From: Nostoc sp.
GTDB taxonomy: Bacteria; Cyanobacteriota; Cyanobacteriia; Cyanobacteriales; Nostocaceae
Length of the DNA stretch: 64,000 nucleotides
Reading direction: 5' to 3'
Assembly (NCBI GenBank): GCA_036918135.1
Contig: JBALDB010000003.1
Location: forward strand, 1-64,000
Below are positions 49,459 to 59,407 of the stretch, piece by piece (position 1 is the stretch's first letter; each line of letters starts with the position of its first letter). The translations under genes were made by a program, and so were the position numbers. The notes under the pieces were generated by a model. It was not told the DNA's origin. It saw nothing but the letters and a program-made list of their open reading frames with translations, and ran no database searches.

Positions 49459-51153
49459 ATGCAAGAGTATGATGTTGTGCTGATTGGTGCTGGACACAAC
49501 GGGTTAGTTTGTGCAGCTTATTTGTTGAAAGCTGGTTATAGCGTCCTGTTACTAGAAAAGCGTTCTGTTCCAGGCGGTGCAGCAACAACTGAAGAATGTT
49601 TGCCACAAGAAGCTCCTGGATTTAAATTTAACTTGTGTGCTATTGACCATGAATTTATTCACTTGGGGCCAGTTGTTGAAGAATTAGAACTAGAAAAATA
49701 CGGTTTGCATTATCTAGAGTGCGATCCGGTTGTTTTTTGTCCACATCCCGATGGCAAATATTTTTTAGGACACAAGTCCGTGGAAAAGACTTGTGCAGAA
49801 ATTGCTCGTTATAATGAGCGCGATGCCAAAAAATACGCAGAATTTATTGACTTTTGGCAAAGGGCGCTGGGTGCAATGATTCCGATGTTTAATGCACCGC
49901 CGAAGTCAATTATAGACATCCTTGGTAACTACGACATTACAAAACTCAAAGATTTATTTTCTGTGATTGGTTCCCCAAACAAAACACTCGACTTTATTCG
50001 CACCATGTTAAACAGTGGTGAAGATTTACTTAATGAGTGGTTTGATTCCGAATTCCTCAAAGCGCCACTAGCAAGATTAGCAGCAGAACTTGGTGCGCCG
50101 CCATCACAAAAAACCCTTGCTATTGGTGCAATTATGATGGCAATGCGTCATAATCCAGGTATGGCAAGACCTCGCGGCGGAACTGGTGCACTTGTGCAAG
50201 CTTTGGTCAATTTAGTCAAGAGTAAAGGTGGCGTTATTCTCACAGACCAGCATGTAGAGAAAATTTTAATTGATAATGGAAAAGCTGTAGGTGTGCGAGT
50301 CGCTGGTAATAAAGAATATCGTGCCAAACATGGGGTAATTTCTAATATTGATGCTCAGCGCTTGTTCTTACAAATGACTGATAAAAGCGAAGTTGATGCA
50401 GTAGATCCAGAATTATACGAAAGATTAGAACGCCGCATCGTTAACAACAATGAAACTATCCTCAAGATAGATTTGGCATTAAACGAACCACTGCATTTTC
50501 CATACCACGCGCACAAAGACGAATATCTGGTTGGTTCTATCTTAATTGCAGATTCGATGGCTCATGTAGAACAGGCTCATAGTAAATGTACCTTGGGAGA
50601 AATTCCGGATGCTGACCCATCAATGTATGTGGTGATGCCTAGCTACTTAGACTCCACATTAGCACCATCAGGCAAGCATACTCTGTGGATTGAGTTTTTC
50701 GCTCCCTATCAAATTGCAGGTGCAGAAGGCACAGGTTTGAAAGGTACGGGTTGGACAGACGAATTAAAAAATAAAGTTGCAGACAGGGTGGTTGATAAGT
50801 TGGCAAATTATGCGCCTAATGTCAAAAATGCAACTATCGCCCGTCGTGTAGAAAGTCCAGCAGAACTAGGAGAAAGATTAGGTGCATACAAAGGGAATTA
50901 TTACCATGTTGACATGACCTTGGATCAAATGATATTTTTCCGTCCCTTGCCAGAAATAGCAAACTACAAAACCCCAATTGAAAATTTATTTCTGACTGGC
51001 GCAGGAACTCATCCAGGGGGTTCCATTTCCGGAATGCCAGGACGCAATTGTGCCCGCGTATTTTTGCAAGCAAAGCATCCCATTAGTCAAACTTTAAAGG
51101 ATGCACGGGATTCAATTAAGTCCACTGTCGGGTCAGTATTGGGTATTATTTAA
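49459..51153 (+). CDS. crtO: Beta-carotene ketolase CrtO (CrtI-like FAD oxidoreductase)
   Basis: IGAGHNGL, NLCAIDHEFIHLGPV, LTGAGTHPGGSISGMPGRNCA. Confidence 0.88.
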   Translation: MQEYDVVLIGAGHNGLVCAAYLLKAGYSVLLLEKRSVPGGAATTEECLPQEAPGFKFNLCAIDHEFIHLGPVVEELELEKYGLHYLECDPVVFCPHPDGKYFLGHKSVEKTCAEIARYNERDAKKYAEFIDFWQRALGAMIPMFNAPPKSIIDILGNYDITKLKDLFSVIGSPNKTLDFIRTMLNSGEDLLNEWFDSEFLKAPLARLAAELGAPPSQKTLAIGAIMMAMRHNPGMARPRGGTGALVQALVNLVKSKGGVILTDQHVEKILIDNGKAVGVRVAGNKEYRAKHGVISNIDAQRLFLQMTDKSEVDAVDPELYERLERRIVNNNETILKIDLALNEPLHFPYHAHKDEYLVGSILIADSMAHVEQAHSKCTLGEIPDADPSMYVVMPSYLDSTLAPSGKHTLWIEFFAPYQIAGAEGTGLKGTGWTDELKNKVADRVVDKLANYAPNVKNATIARRVESPAELGERLGAYKGNYYHVDMTLDQMIFFRPLPEIANYKTPIENLFLTGAGTHPGGSISGMPGRNCARVFLQAKHPISQTLKDARDSIKSTVGSVLGII

Positions 51154-51271
51154 ATCCCAATGTAGATCGCATAGTCTCATGACGCTTACTTACCCTCAGA
51201 TTTTTTGAATCTGGGGGAATTTTATTTTCTACTTCTGCTTGTTTAAGCACCGTCTCTACAATAAATGTAGC

Positions 51272-51386
51272 TAGGACTTACACAAGAATTCTCTAAAACT
51301 CTTATCCCTTCGTATCCTTTGCGTTCTTCTGGTGCATCCATACTTGCGTTCGTGGTTCGTTTTTTGATAATTTTGCGTAAGTTTTA
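51272..51386. mobile_element. Degenerate MITE (TAGGACTTAC.CA / TGCGTAAGT..TA)
   Basis: Imperfect terminal inverted repeats. Confidence 0.45.
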
Positions 51387-51737
51387 CTTTGTTTAAAATC
51401 TAAATGGAATTGCTGTATAAAGTTTAATTGTTGAGCAACAGAAAGAAATAAACTTATTTTTACTATATCTGAGTCTGACCAACGGTAGAGTATTTTATCT
51501 TCACAAAGTAATATAACAGGAAACGGTAAGAAATCAACACTCAGGAATCAGAAGTTATAATTCGTATATTAATTTATCAAATATTTTTCCGATTGTTGAA
51601 CTGGTTTAATTCTTGGAATTTGTGAGCAGTAAAAGCTCTGCTACAAAGTTTTCTCTAAATTATGACTTTTATTCTTATAGTTTAGAATCATTTATAAATT
51701 CTAGAAAACATCAAAATACTTTAGAAGGAGAAAGTCG

Positions 51738-52511
51738 ATGAAGAAACTAGAAGGAAAGGTAGCTTTAGTAACTGGTAGCAGCGGCGGAATTGGTCAAGCT
51801 ATTGCTGTACATCTTGCCCAACAAGGTGCAAATATTGTAATTGACTACCGTTCTCATCCTGAAGGCGCTCAAGAAACTCTGTCGAAAGTAGAAGCAGCTG
51901 GTAGCAAAGGCTTAACTATTAAAGCCGACTTGAGTATAATTAGCGATATCCGCCAACTTATAGACCAGGGTATTCAACACTTTGGCAAGCTAGATATTCT
52001 CGTGAACAATGCTGGAATCGATGGTCGAAATGCTGACTTCTGGGACATCAGCGAAGCTGACTATGACGCAATAATCGATCTCAACCTTAAAGGTACGTTT
52101 TTCGCTACTCAAGCGATAGTACAGCACTTTATCGAAACCAAGCGAACTGGTAAAATCATCAATATTAGCTCCACCCATGAGGAAATAGCATTCCCCCACT
52201 TCACTGGCTACTGTGTTAGCAAGGGTGGTGTAAAGATGATGATGCGTAACTTAGCAGTTGAACTTGGGCCTCTAGGAATAACAATTAATAATGTAGCCCC
52301 AGGAGCAATTGAAACACCAATCAATAGTAAGCTGTTAAATGACCCCGAAAAATTGGGAGCGTTGTTGAAAAATATTCCTTTAGGTCGTTTAGGTAAGCCA
52401 GAGGATATCGCACCTATAGTTGGCTTCTTAGCCTCAGCCGATGCTGATTACATTACAGGGGCAACCTTTTATGTAGATGGAGGACTCAGCCGGAACTATC
52501 ATGAGCAGTAG
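51738..52511 (+). CDS. SDR oxidoreductase, glucose 1-dehydrogenase-like
   Basis: TGSSGGIG, NNAG, ISSTHE, YCVSKGG. Confidence 0.88.
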   Translation: MKKLEGKVALVTGSSGGIGQAIAVHLAQQGANIVIDYRSHPEGAQETLSKVEAAGSKGLTIKADLSIISDIRQLIDQGIQHFGKLDILVNNAGIDGRNADFWDISEADYDAIIDLNLKGTFFATQAIVQHFIETKRTGKIINISSTHEEIAFPHFTGYCVSKGGVKMMMRNLAVELGPLGITINNVAPGAIETPINSKLLNDPEKLGALLKNIPLGRLGKPEDIAPIVGFLASADADYITGATFYVDGGLSRNYHEQ

Positions 52512-52848
52512 GTAATTTGTGTTGGCTCTACCGTTATAGAGTTGAATAGCACGCTTGTTTAGTTATTTGTTGAGGCAATCAGGGAAGTTGTACTGAAGCC
52601 GTCGCCGATCGGAACTCTATTACTACCTAAGTTAAATGGAACGGCTCTGTATGACCCCTGTTTCGTCACTCTGGGGAGAGAAAAATATTACCCTTATCTT
52701 CAGATTTAGACATCATTAAAAATTGAGCGATCGCATCTCGATTTTTTGATTGAAATTGCCTGATTGCAAAAAATGTAAAAACAAGAGTTTGAGATTCTTC
52801 TAAAACAGCCTTGTGCAAAAGATTTTTAATTGAAAATCTAAAATTCCT

Positions 52849-55509
52849 ATGACTCAAGAAGAAGCAAGATTGGCAGCAGACCGCCATCGCACAGCCTACT
52901 GGAAACGATGGGGTTCCTACCTGAGTGAACGCCAGTGGGGAACAGTGCGGGAAGACTATAGCCCTGATGGTAGCGCCTGGGAATTTTTTCCCCACGACCA
53001 TGCTCGCTCCCGTGCCTATCGCTGGGGAGAGGATGGGATTGCCGGAATTTCTGATAATCATCAGCGACTATGTTTTGCGATCGCTCTGTGGAATGGTGAG
53101 GATGCAATTCTCAAAGAAAGGCTTTTCGGCCTTACAGGGAATCAAGGGAATCACGGGGAAGATGTTAAAGAATACTACTTCTACCTGGATAATACCCCTA
53201 CTCACTCTTACATGAAATATCTTTATAAATATCCGCAAGCTGCTTTCCCATACAACCAGCTGCTAGAAGAAAATCGACGCAGAGATCGTCTTTGTCCAGA
53301 GTTTGAATTAATCGACACGGGTATATTTGACCAAGACCGCTATTTTGATGTATTCGTTGAGTATGCCAAGGCTTCACCTGACGATATTTTGATTCAAATT
53401 ACTGCGATTAACCGAGGCCCAGAAACAAAAACGCTGCATTTGTTACCAACCCTTTGGTTTCGCAACACCTGGTCTTGGACTGATAATCAACAAGAAAAGC
53501 CGTGGCTAAAAATTAGCCAATCTAACTCAGACCTCAGCACCATCGAAGCTTATCACTCCTCATTAGAAACCCGATGGCTGTACTGTAATGGAAATCCAGA
53601 ACTACTTTTTACAGAAAATGAGACTAATAATCAAAGATTATTTGGGGTTAATAATGCTTCGGCATACGTTAAAGATGGAATAAATAATTATGTGGTAGAT
53701 GGGCAAAAAACAGCCGTCAATCCCAATCGGATTGGCACTAAATTTGCAGCTCGTTACCAATTAGAAATTGGTGCAGGCGAAACTAAAACAGTGCAGTTGC
53801 GATTAAGTGACGCACAAAATTTAATTACCCCATTTGAGAGTGAATTTGATACGATTTGGCAACAGCGCCAGCGCGAGGCAGATGAATTTTATCAGCGGAT
53901 TTGTCCGTTGCCAATGTTAGAGGATAGGCAGAATGTCCAGCGACAGGCATTTGCTGGCATGTTGTGGAGTAAACAATTTTACTATTATGTAACCGAACAA
54001 TGGCTAAAAGGCGATCCGGCTGGGCCGCTGCCGCCAGCATCGCGACTAAGCGGCAGAAACCATGAGTGGTTTCATGTATTTAACGACGATATACTTTCCA
54101 TGCCGGATAAATGGGAATATCCTTGGTTTGCGGCTTGGGATTTAGCTTTTCATGTAATTCCGCTCTCGATGCTCGATCCCGACTTCGCCAAACTGCAACT
54201 GAGTCGCTTGACACGAGAATGGTATATGCATCCTAACGGTCAGCTACCAGCTTATGAATGGGCTTTTAGCGATGTCAATCCGCCCGTTCATGCTTGGGCA
54301 ACATGGCAGGTTTATCAGATCGAGCAAAAAATCTATGGTCGTGCAGATAAAAAATTTCTGGAGAGTGTCTTCCAAAAATTGCTGCTAAATTTTACTTGGT
54401 GGGTTAACCGGAAAGATTTTGAGGGTAAAAATATCTTTCAGGGTGGCTTTCTAGGTATGGATAATATTGGTATCTTCGACCGTAGCGTTCAACTCCCAAC
54501 TGGTGGATATCTGCAACAAGCAGATGGTACAAGTTGGATGGCGATGTATTCTCTGAATATGTTGACGATCGCCTTAGAGTTAGCAAAAGAAAATTCTACT
54601 TATGAAGACATCGCCAGCAAGTTTTTCGAGCATTTCTTGTACATTGCTGATGCCATGAATGGTGTTGGTGAAGCGGAAATAGCATTATGGGATGAAAGTG
54701 ATGGCTTTTACTACGATGCCCTACATTTACCAAATGGTAATCAATTCCCGATGCAAGTGCGATCGCTAGTGGGGTTAATCCCATTGTGTGCCGTGAGCAT
54801 TTTAGAACCAGAAACCTTAGAGCGACTCCCAGGCTTTAAGCAACGGACGGAATGGTTTTTGACAAATCGCACCGATCTGACCGGAAATATCGCTTGTATG
54901 CAGAAACAAGGTGTTGGCGAACGCCGACTGTTAGCGATTGTTTATCAAGATAAGCTCCGTCGCATCTTAGAAAAGATGTTAGACGCAACAGAATTCTTCG
55001 GGACTTATGGTATTCGCTCTGTTTCTAAAGTTCATGCATCCGCTCCTTACGTTTTAACGGTAGATAATCAGGAGTATCGAGTCGATTATGAACCTGCCGA
55101 GTCTACCACAGGAATGTTTGGCGGTAATTCTAACTGGCGTGGCCCAATTTGGTTTCCGATTAATTATCTACTCCTAGAATCACTACAAAAGTTCTATCAC
55201 TACTTCGGCGATGATTTCAAAGTTGAGTGTCCCACAGGTTCAGGTCAAATGATGACGCTTAAGGAAGTATCAATTGAATTAGCTCAAAGGCTGATCCAAA
55301 TTTTTCTCAAAGATGCTTCTGGTCGGCGACCTTTTTATGGTGGAACAGAAAAATTTCAAACTGACCCGAATTGGCACGATTTGATTCTGTTCAATGAATA
55401 TTTTCATGGAGATAATGGCGCTGGTATTGGTGCTAGTCACCAAACTGGTTGGACAGGTTTAATCGCCAAACTAATTCAGCAATGTGCAGAACAGATGTTG
55501 TCAGATTAA
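52849..55509 (+). CDS. GH63 / MGH1-like glucosidase
   Basis: [56 protein letters not shown]. Confidence 0.9.
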   Translation: MTQEEARLAADRHRTAYWKRWGSYLSERQWGTVREDYSPDGSAWEFFPHDHARSRAYRWGEDGIAGISDNHQRLCFAIALWNGEDAILKERLFGLTGNQGNHGEDVKEYYFYLDNTPTHSYMKYLYKYPQAAFPYNQLLEENRRRDRLCPEFELIDTGIFDQDRYFDVFVEYAKASPDDILIQITAINRGPETKTLHLLPTLWFRNTWSWTDNQQEKPWLKISQSNSDLSTIEAYHSSLETRWLYCNGNPELLFTENETNNQRLFGVNNASAYVKDGINNYVVDGQKTAVNPNRIGTKFAARYQLEIGAGETKTVQLRLSDAQNLITPFESEFDTIWQQRQREADEFYQRICPLPMLEDRQNVQRQAFAGMLWSKQFYYYVTEQWLKGDPAGPLPPASRLSGRNHEWFHVFNDDILSMPDKWEYPWFAAWDLAFHVIPLSMLDPDFAKLQLSRLTREWYMHPNGQLPAYEWAFSDVNPPVHAWATWQVYQIEQKIYGRADKKFLESVFQKLLLNFTWWVNRKDFEGKNIFQGGFLGMDNIGIFDRSVQLPTGGYLQQADGTSWMAMYSLNMLTIALELAKENSTYEDIASKFFEHFLYIADAMNGVGEAEIALWDESDGFYYDALHLPNGNQFPMQVRSLVGLIPLCAVSILEPETLERLPGFKQRTEWFLTNRTDLTGNIACMQKQGVGERRLLAIVYQDKLRRILEKMLDATEFFGTYGIRSVSKVHASAPYVLTVDNQEYRVDYEPAESTTGMFGGNSNWRGPIWFPINYLLLESLQKFYHYFGDDFKVECPTGSGQMMTLKEVSIELAQRLIQIFLKDASGRRPFYGGTEKFQTDPNWHDLILFNEYFHGDNGAGIGASHQTGWTGLIAKLIQQCAEQMLSD

Positions 55510-55573
55510 TTTCAGACTTTGGGAAATCGCTAATTGGCGAAAATGTCTATGTGAACAACACCACGAAAAGCGA

Positions 55574-55663
55574 ATTGGTAATTGCTAATTGGTAATTGGA
55601 ATAAATAACTGACGATTACCCATTACCCATTACCCATTACCTTTTTCCCAATTCCCAATTACC
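55574..55663. repeat. Heptamer short tandem repeats in inverted arrangement (GGTAATT / TTACCCA)
   Basis: AATTGGTAATTGCTAATTGGTAATTGG ... TTACCCATTACCCATTACCCATTACC. Confidence 0.7.
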
Positions 55664-55834
55664 AAAAAGACCAATCATATTGTAAGTAATTAGCCGAACT
55701 TAATATCAAACTCAATCACAGGCAGATGATAAAAGAACAACTGCTGTTTCTTGACAATATACTGCACATAGTAATTTGGCACGATCGCACCTTGCTCAAT
55801 CAAAAGGGAAATTACTAAACCAGCAACACAAATT

Positions 55835-56010
55835 ATACCAATTTTAAAAAAGAATACGACAGATATATACGGACATACCTTTGTTCTGTGTGGCTTTCTT
55901 AATGCGTGAATTTTGTTAGCGTAGCGTTAGCAAGTCCACGTACTCTTACAGAGAAGCAAGCTACGCGCAGCGTCTCGTAGAGAGCGTCATTTTGAATTTT
56001 GAATTGGTAT
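55835..56010. mobile_element. MITE (TIR ATACCAATT/AATTGGTAT) carrying a nested small dispersed repeat
   Basis: 9-bp TIR; contains GAAGCAAGCTACGCGCAGCGTCTCGTAGAG. Confidence 0.6.
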
Positions 56011-56230
56011 TACCCTTTTTTCACAAAGCAGGTTTTAAACAAAGTAATTGCTTGATGTATATTTTATATATTATTATCAACTATAATTAAGATAAAAAAA
56101 AATTATAATACTTGAGCAAACTTTTTTCTGAAAATAGAAGTAAATCAAGGAGTAAAAAGTATTGTATTTTGATAAGATTCAAAAAATAACAAAATTAAAA
56201 TAACAGAATTATAAGTTCTGTAGAGATAGC

Positions 56231-56974
56231 ATGGTCTTTAGGTACGGGTTCGTTGCATCTAGCTTAATAGTTTTCTTCGCATTTGGCTGTAGTAATGGGG
56301 CAAACTCATCAAAAGAAAATACCACACAATTTGTACAGGAAAGTAATGTAACCCAGCTTTTAGTAGAAGCGAAGGCTACCCAAAATGCAGAAGCTTTCGT
56401 GACTCAAGGCAATAATTTATTAGATAACCAGCGTTACCAAGATGCAATCAAAGCATACGACAAAGCGATCGCCATGAAAGCTGAGATTGCTGAAGCTTGG
56501 ATCAACCGTGGGATAGCTTTAACATCCCTGCACCGCTACAAAGACGCTGTTGCTTCCTACGATCGAGCGATCGCCATCAAGCCTGACAAAGATGAAGCTT
56601 GGTATAACCGTGGTATAGCCTTAACATCGCTGCAACGCTACCAAGACGCTGTTGCATCTTACAATCGAGCGCTCGCTATCAAGCCTAACAAGTATGAAGC
56701 CTTAACCAACCGAGGCATTGCTTTGACAAAGTTGAAACGCTATCAACAAGCGATCGCATCTTACGATCGAGCGATCGCCATCAAACAAGATTTGCACCAA
56801 GCATATTACAACAAAGCTTGTTCTTATGCTTTACAGGGCGATGTAGAATTAGCAACTGAAAACCTAGACCGAGCGATTCAACTTGTTCCACAAAAGTACA
56901 AAAAGCTAGCCAAAACTGACCCTGACTTTAACAAAGTGCGTAGTCAAAAGCGGTTTCAGGAATTACTGCAATAG
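56231..56974 (+). CDS. TPR-repeat lipoprotein
   Basis: AFGC lipobox; repeats AW(I/Y)NRGIALT.L.RY..A.ASYDRAIAIK; YNKACSYA cap. Confidence 0.88.
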   Translation: MVFRYGFVASSLIVFFAFGCSNGANSSKENTTQFVQESNVTQLLVEAKATQNAEAFVTQGNNLLDNQRYQDAIKAYDKAIAMKAEIAEAWINRGIALTSLHRYKDAVASYDRAIAIKPDKDEAWYNRGIALTSLQRYQDAVASYNRALAIKPNKYEALTNRGIALTKLKRYQQAIASYDRAIAIKQDLHQAYYNKACSYALQGDVELATENLDRAIQLVPQKYKKLAKTDPDFNKVRSQKRFQELLQ

Positions 56975-57292
56975 ACGGCCATTGAAAAGAAGCATAGGCG
57001 TAGACAGGAAAGACTTGCTGCAACTTCTCCTCTGCTTTCCATTCCTTATATCCTAAAGCCACTTGACCGAATAATTACTCCCTTCCCAGTGTCAGATTAC
57101 CGATGTAATTTTTTAATCCTCTGTTCCCTTGCTCCCTTACTGCCTAAATGGGAATCTTCTGGCGCACAAGGAGTAATAGTGCAAGCCCTTCAATTAATTA
57201 ATGTAAAAAAATATTTAGTCAATTTCTCTGCCTGCAACTAAAGTCTAGGGGTAATAACTAGAAATTACTAATTATCAATTACAAATTATGTT

Positions 57293-57508
57293 ATATCATG
57301 TCCAGCTAATCACTTGTGATTAAAATCTCTCTACGTGTCCTTGTATCAGCCTAAATGATACAGCAGTTTGCAAGTAAATGAGGTACAAAACGTAGGACTC
57401 ACGTATCAAATATAAAGAGTTTCTACCTTCTGCCTTCTGCCTTAAAACCTGTAACTTTGTACCTCATGCAAAAGAAAAGTGCTGTAAGTCTTTAAACGGA
57501 CATGATAT
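57293..57508. mobile_element. MITE (TIR ATATCATGTCC) with a second MITE nested at 57359-57486
   Basis: Outer ATATCATGTCC/GGACATGATAT; inner TACAGCA..ATGAGGTACAAA / TTTGTACCTCAT..TGCTGTA. Confidence 0.7.
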
Positions 57509-57555
57509 TAACGGGAGTAAATAAGTCAAAAAATCAAAGCTGATTACTGTAGTAA

Positions 57556-58977
57556 CTAGCTGATATTCTCAAACCAAGCTTCTAAATCTCCGACACAAGA
57601 AAAATACAGTAACGCTTCAGCTAAATTTTCCAGATCAGGGGTTGACAAATTTGCAATTCTGCTTTTTATCTGTGGACTAATTTCTCCCAAGCGCCGATTA
57701 AGTAGACGCATTAACAATTTTAATTCTCCCTGCTTTTGGGCTTGTTGCATCCAACTGTTAACTATCTGTATGACTTTTTCCTGCTGTTTTGGTTCAATGG
57801 TAGCAAGTTGCTCTTGAAACACTACTTCTTGTTGGGAACTCAATTCTAAATATGTATTAATACCAGAAATTAACTGCCCTTGTGCAGGGTTGAGTTGAAA
57901 ACTTGTTAACAATGTTAATTCTAATGGGTTTGCTGTTGGATCGTAAATCCAACTCACAACAGAACCTTCTAATTGCTGATAAGATTCTACACTGTTAGCA
58001 AGGGCGATCGCTAGTTGTTGTATTTCTTTGAGGTGAAGATTTTCATCAGCAGATACCGCTTGTTTTAATTTTTGGGCTAGTTGTTGTAATTGACTTTGGC
58101 TGAAAATTTGGTTTTGGTTGGGGTCAATGATTTGTAATAAAACTGAAAAACGAGAAGTTTTTGAGGCTGTGAGAATTTGTTGGACAGCCGCGGTGACTGC
58201 GGCTTGATTGCGTTTTTTTTGGACTCGTTCCCATTCGCTTTGAATGCTTTGTAATGCTTTCAGAGTAAGATTTAAACGAGCTTTCTTTAACTCAGGAGTT
58301 TCTCTTTGAAACAAATCCGGATAAATTGTTACTTTCTTTAGTTCAGATTGGGTAGAATTCAAGCAATCGCTCAAACAGCGTTCAAAGGTTTCCCCATTCC
58401 CATTACTAACATTTTCTACTAATTGATGATATATGTATTCTTGAGAACAAATTTCATCTTTGAGGATGGTAGTTACAATTTCTGCTATTAACTTTTGATA
58501 GCTGTCAGATAAGGAATTAGATACTGCGTCTGGGGTAACTTTTGCTATTAGATTAGGCTTTACTAAACTTTCTTCAAAAGTAGGGGAAGTAGGTATTTTT
58601 TCTTGACTTGGTGTTGCTAAGCTTTGGCGAGAATTTGTAGGTGAAGCATTTGCTTGAGAATTAGATAAGTAATAATCTGCTAAAGACCCGCAGAGAAACT
58701 CTTCACGAAAGCGGTCTATTTTTGCAGTTGAGTATAATCGGCACTGACGATGTTTCTGATAGAAACCAAAAAAGAGTAAGCCTGCGATGACTCCTATACC
58801 AATTCCTGTAATAGCAAAGTTTACATCTTCTGAAGTATCATTTTGTTGCTCATATTCGACAGTCGGATTAAAAGATGCATCTTGAGCAACAGCATAGTTA
58901 CTTCTTAAAGTTAGCTGCACGCTAGTTGCGATCGCCGCCGATAGGATAAATCTAAATATTAATTTTGATTTGTGCAT
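57556..58977 (-). CDS. Mosaic membrane-anchored protein with a C-terminal Rpn-like/DUF4351 segment
   Basis: Signal peptide + TM; helical middle domain; C-terminus LLMRLLNRRLGEI...LSTPDLENLAEALLYF...LEAWF. Confidence 0.7.
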   Translation of the reverse strand: MHKSKLIFRFILSAAIATSVQLTLRSNYAVAQDASFNPTVEYEQQNDTSEDVNFAITGIGIGVIAGLLFFGFYQKHRQCRLYSTAKIDRFREEFLCGSLADYYLSNSQANASPTNSRQSLATPSQEKIPTSPTFEESLVKPNLIAKVTPDAVSNSLSDSYQKLIAEIVTTILKDEICSQEYIYHQLVENVSNGNGETFERCLSDCLNSTQSELKKVTIYPDLFQRETPELKKARLNLTLKALQSIQSEWERVQKKRNQAAVTAAVQQILTASKTSRFSVLLQIIDPNQNQIFSQSQLQQLAQKLKQAVSADENLHLKEIQQLAIALANSVESYQQLEGSVVSWIYDPTANPLELTLLTSFQLNPAQGQLISGINTYLELSSQQEVVFQEQLATIEPKQQEKVIQIVNSWMQQAQKQGELKLLMRLLNRRLGEISPQIKSRIANLSTPDLENLAEALLYFSCVGDLEAWFENIS

Positions 58978-59407
58978 AATCTAACAGTTTAATATATTAT
59001 CAACTTCTGGGTTGCTTTGGATTTAATCTAGACATCGAAATTAAACTCATATATTTAGAGTAATAAACTTTACCGATAGTAGTATCCGGAATATCTTCTA
59101 ATTTTTTAACATTTTGGCATCTTATATCATCCTGACCAAACAAGATTTTAACTTATGGGTGATGGCGATCGTATTACTTAACAGAAAAATTTACTGATAA
59201 ATAAAAATTTTTAGTGAACAAATATCACAATACAAAATTATTACTTCGGGGATTTACTAAATAGAGTAACGCATAAAACCATTAACCGATGTGTATTGAA
59301 AAACGTAGTAAAAAAAGCATCATTAAAGCATCGCAATCATGCTTAAAAGTAACTAAGAGATGCATGTTAATGTTTTAATCTCATCGTCTTACTTTGTACT
59401 TCTTACT

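Noticed and set aside
56440..56800. ~102-bp DNA repeats as a DGR template/variable repeat pair
   Set aside because: They are in-frame TPR coding repeats; no reverse transcriptase gene is present and I saw no adenine-specific variation
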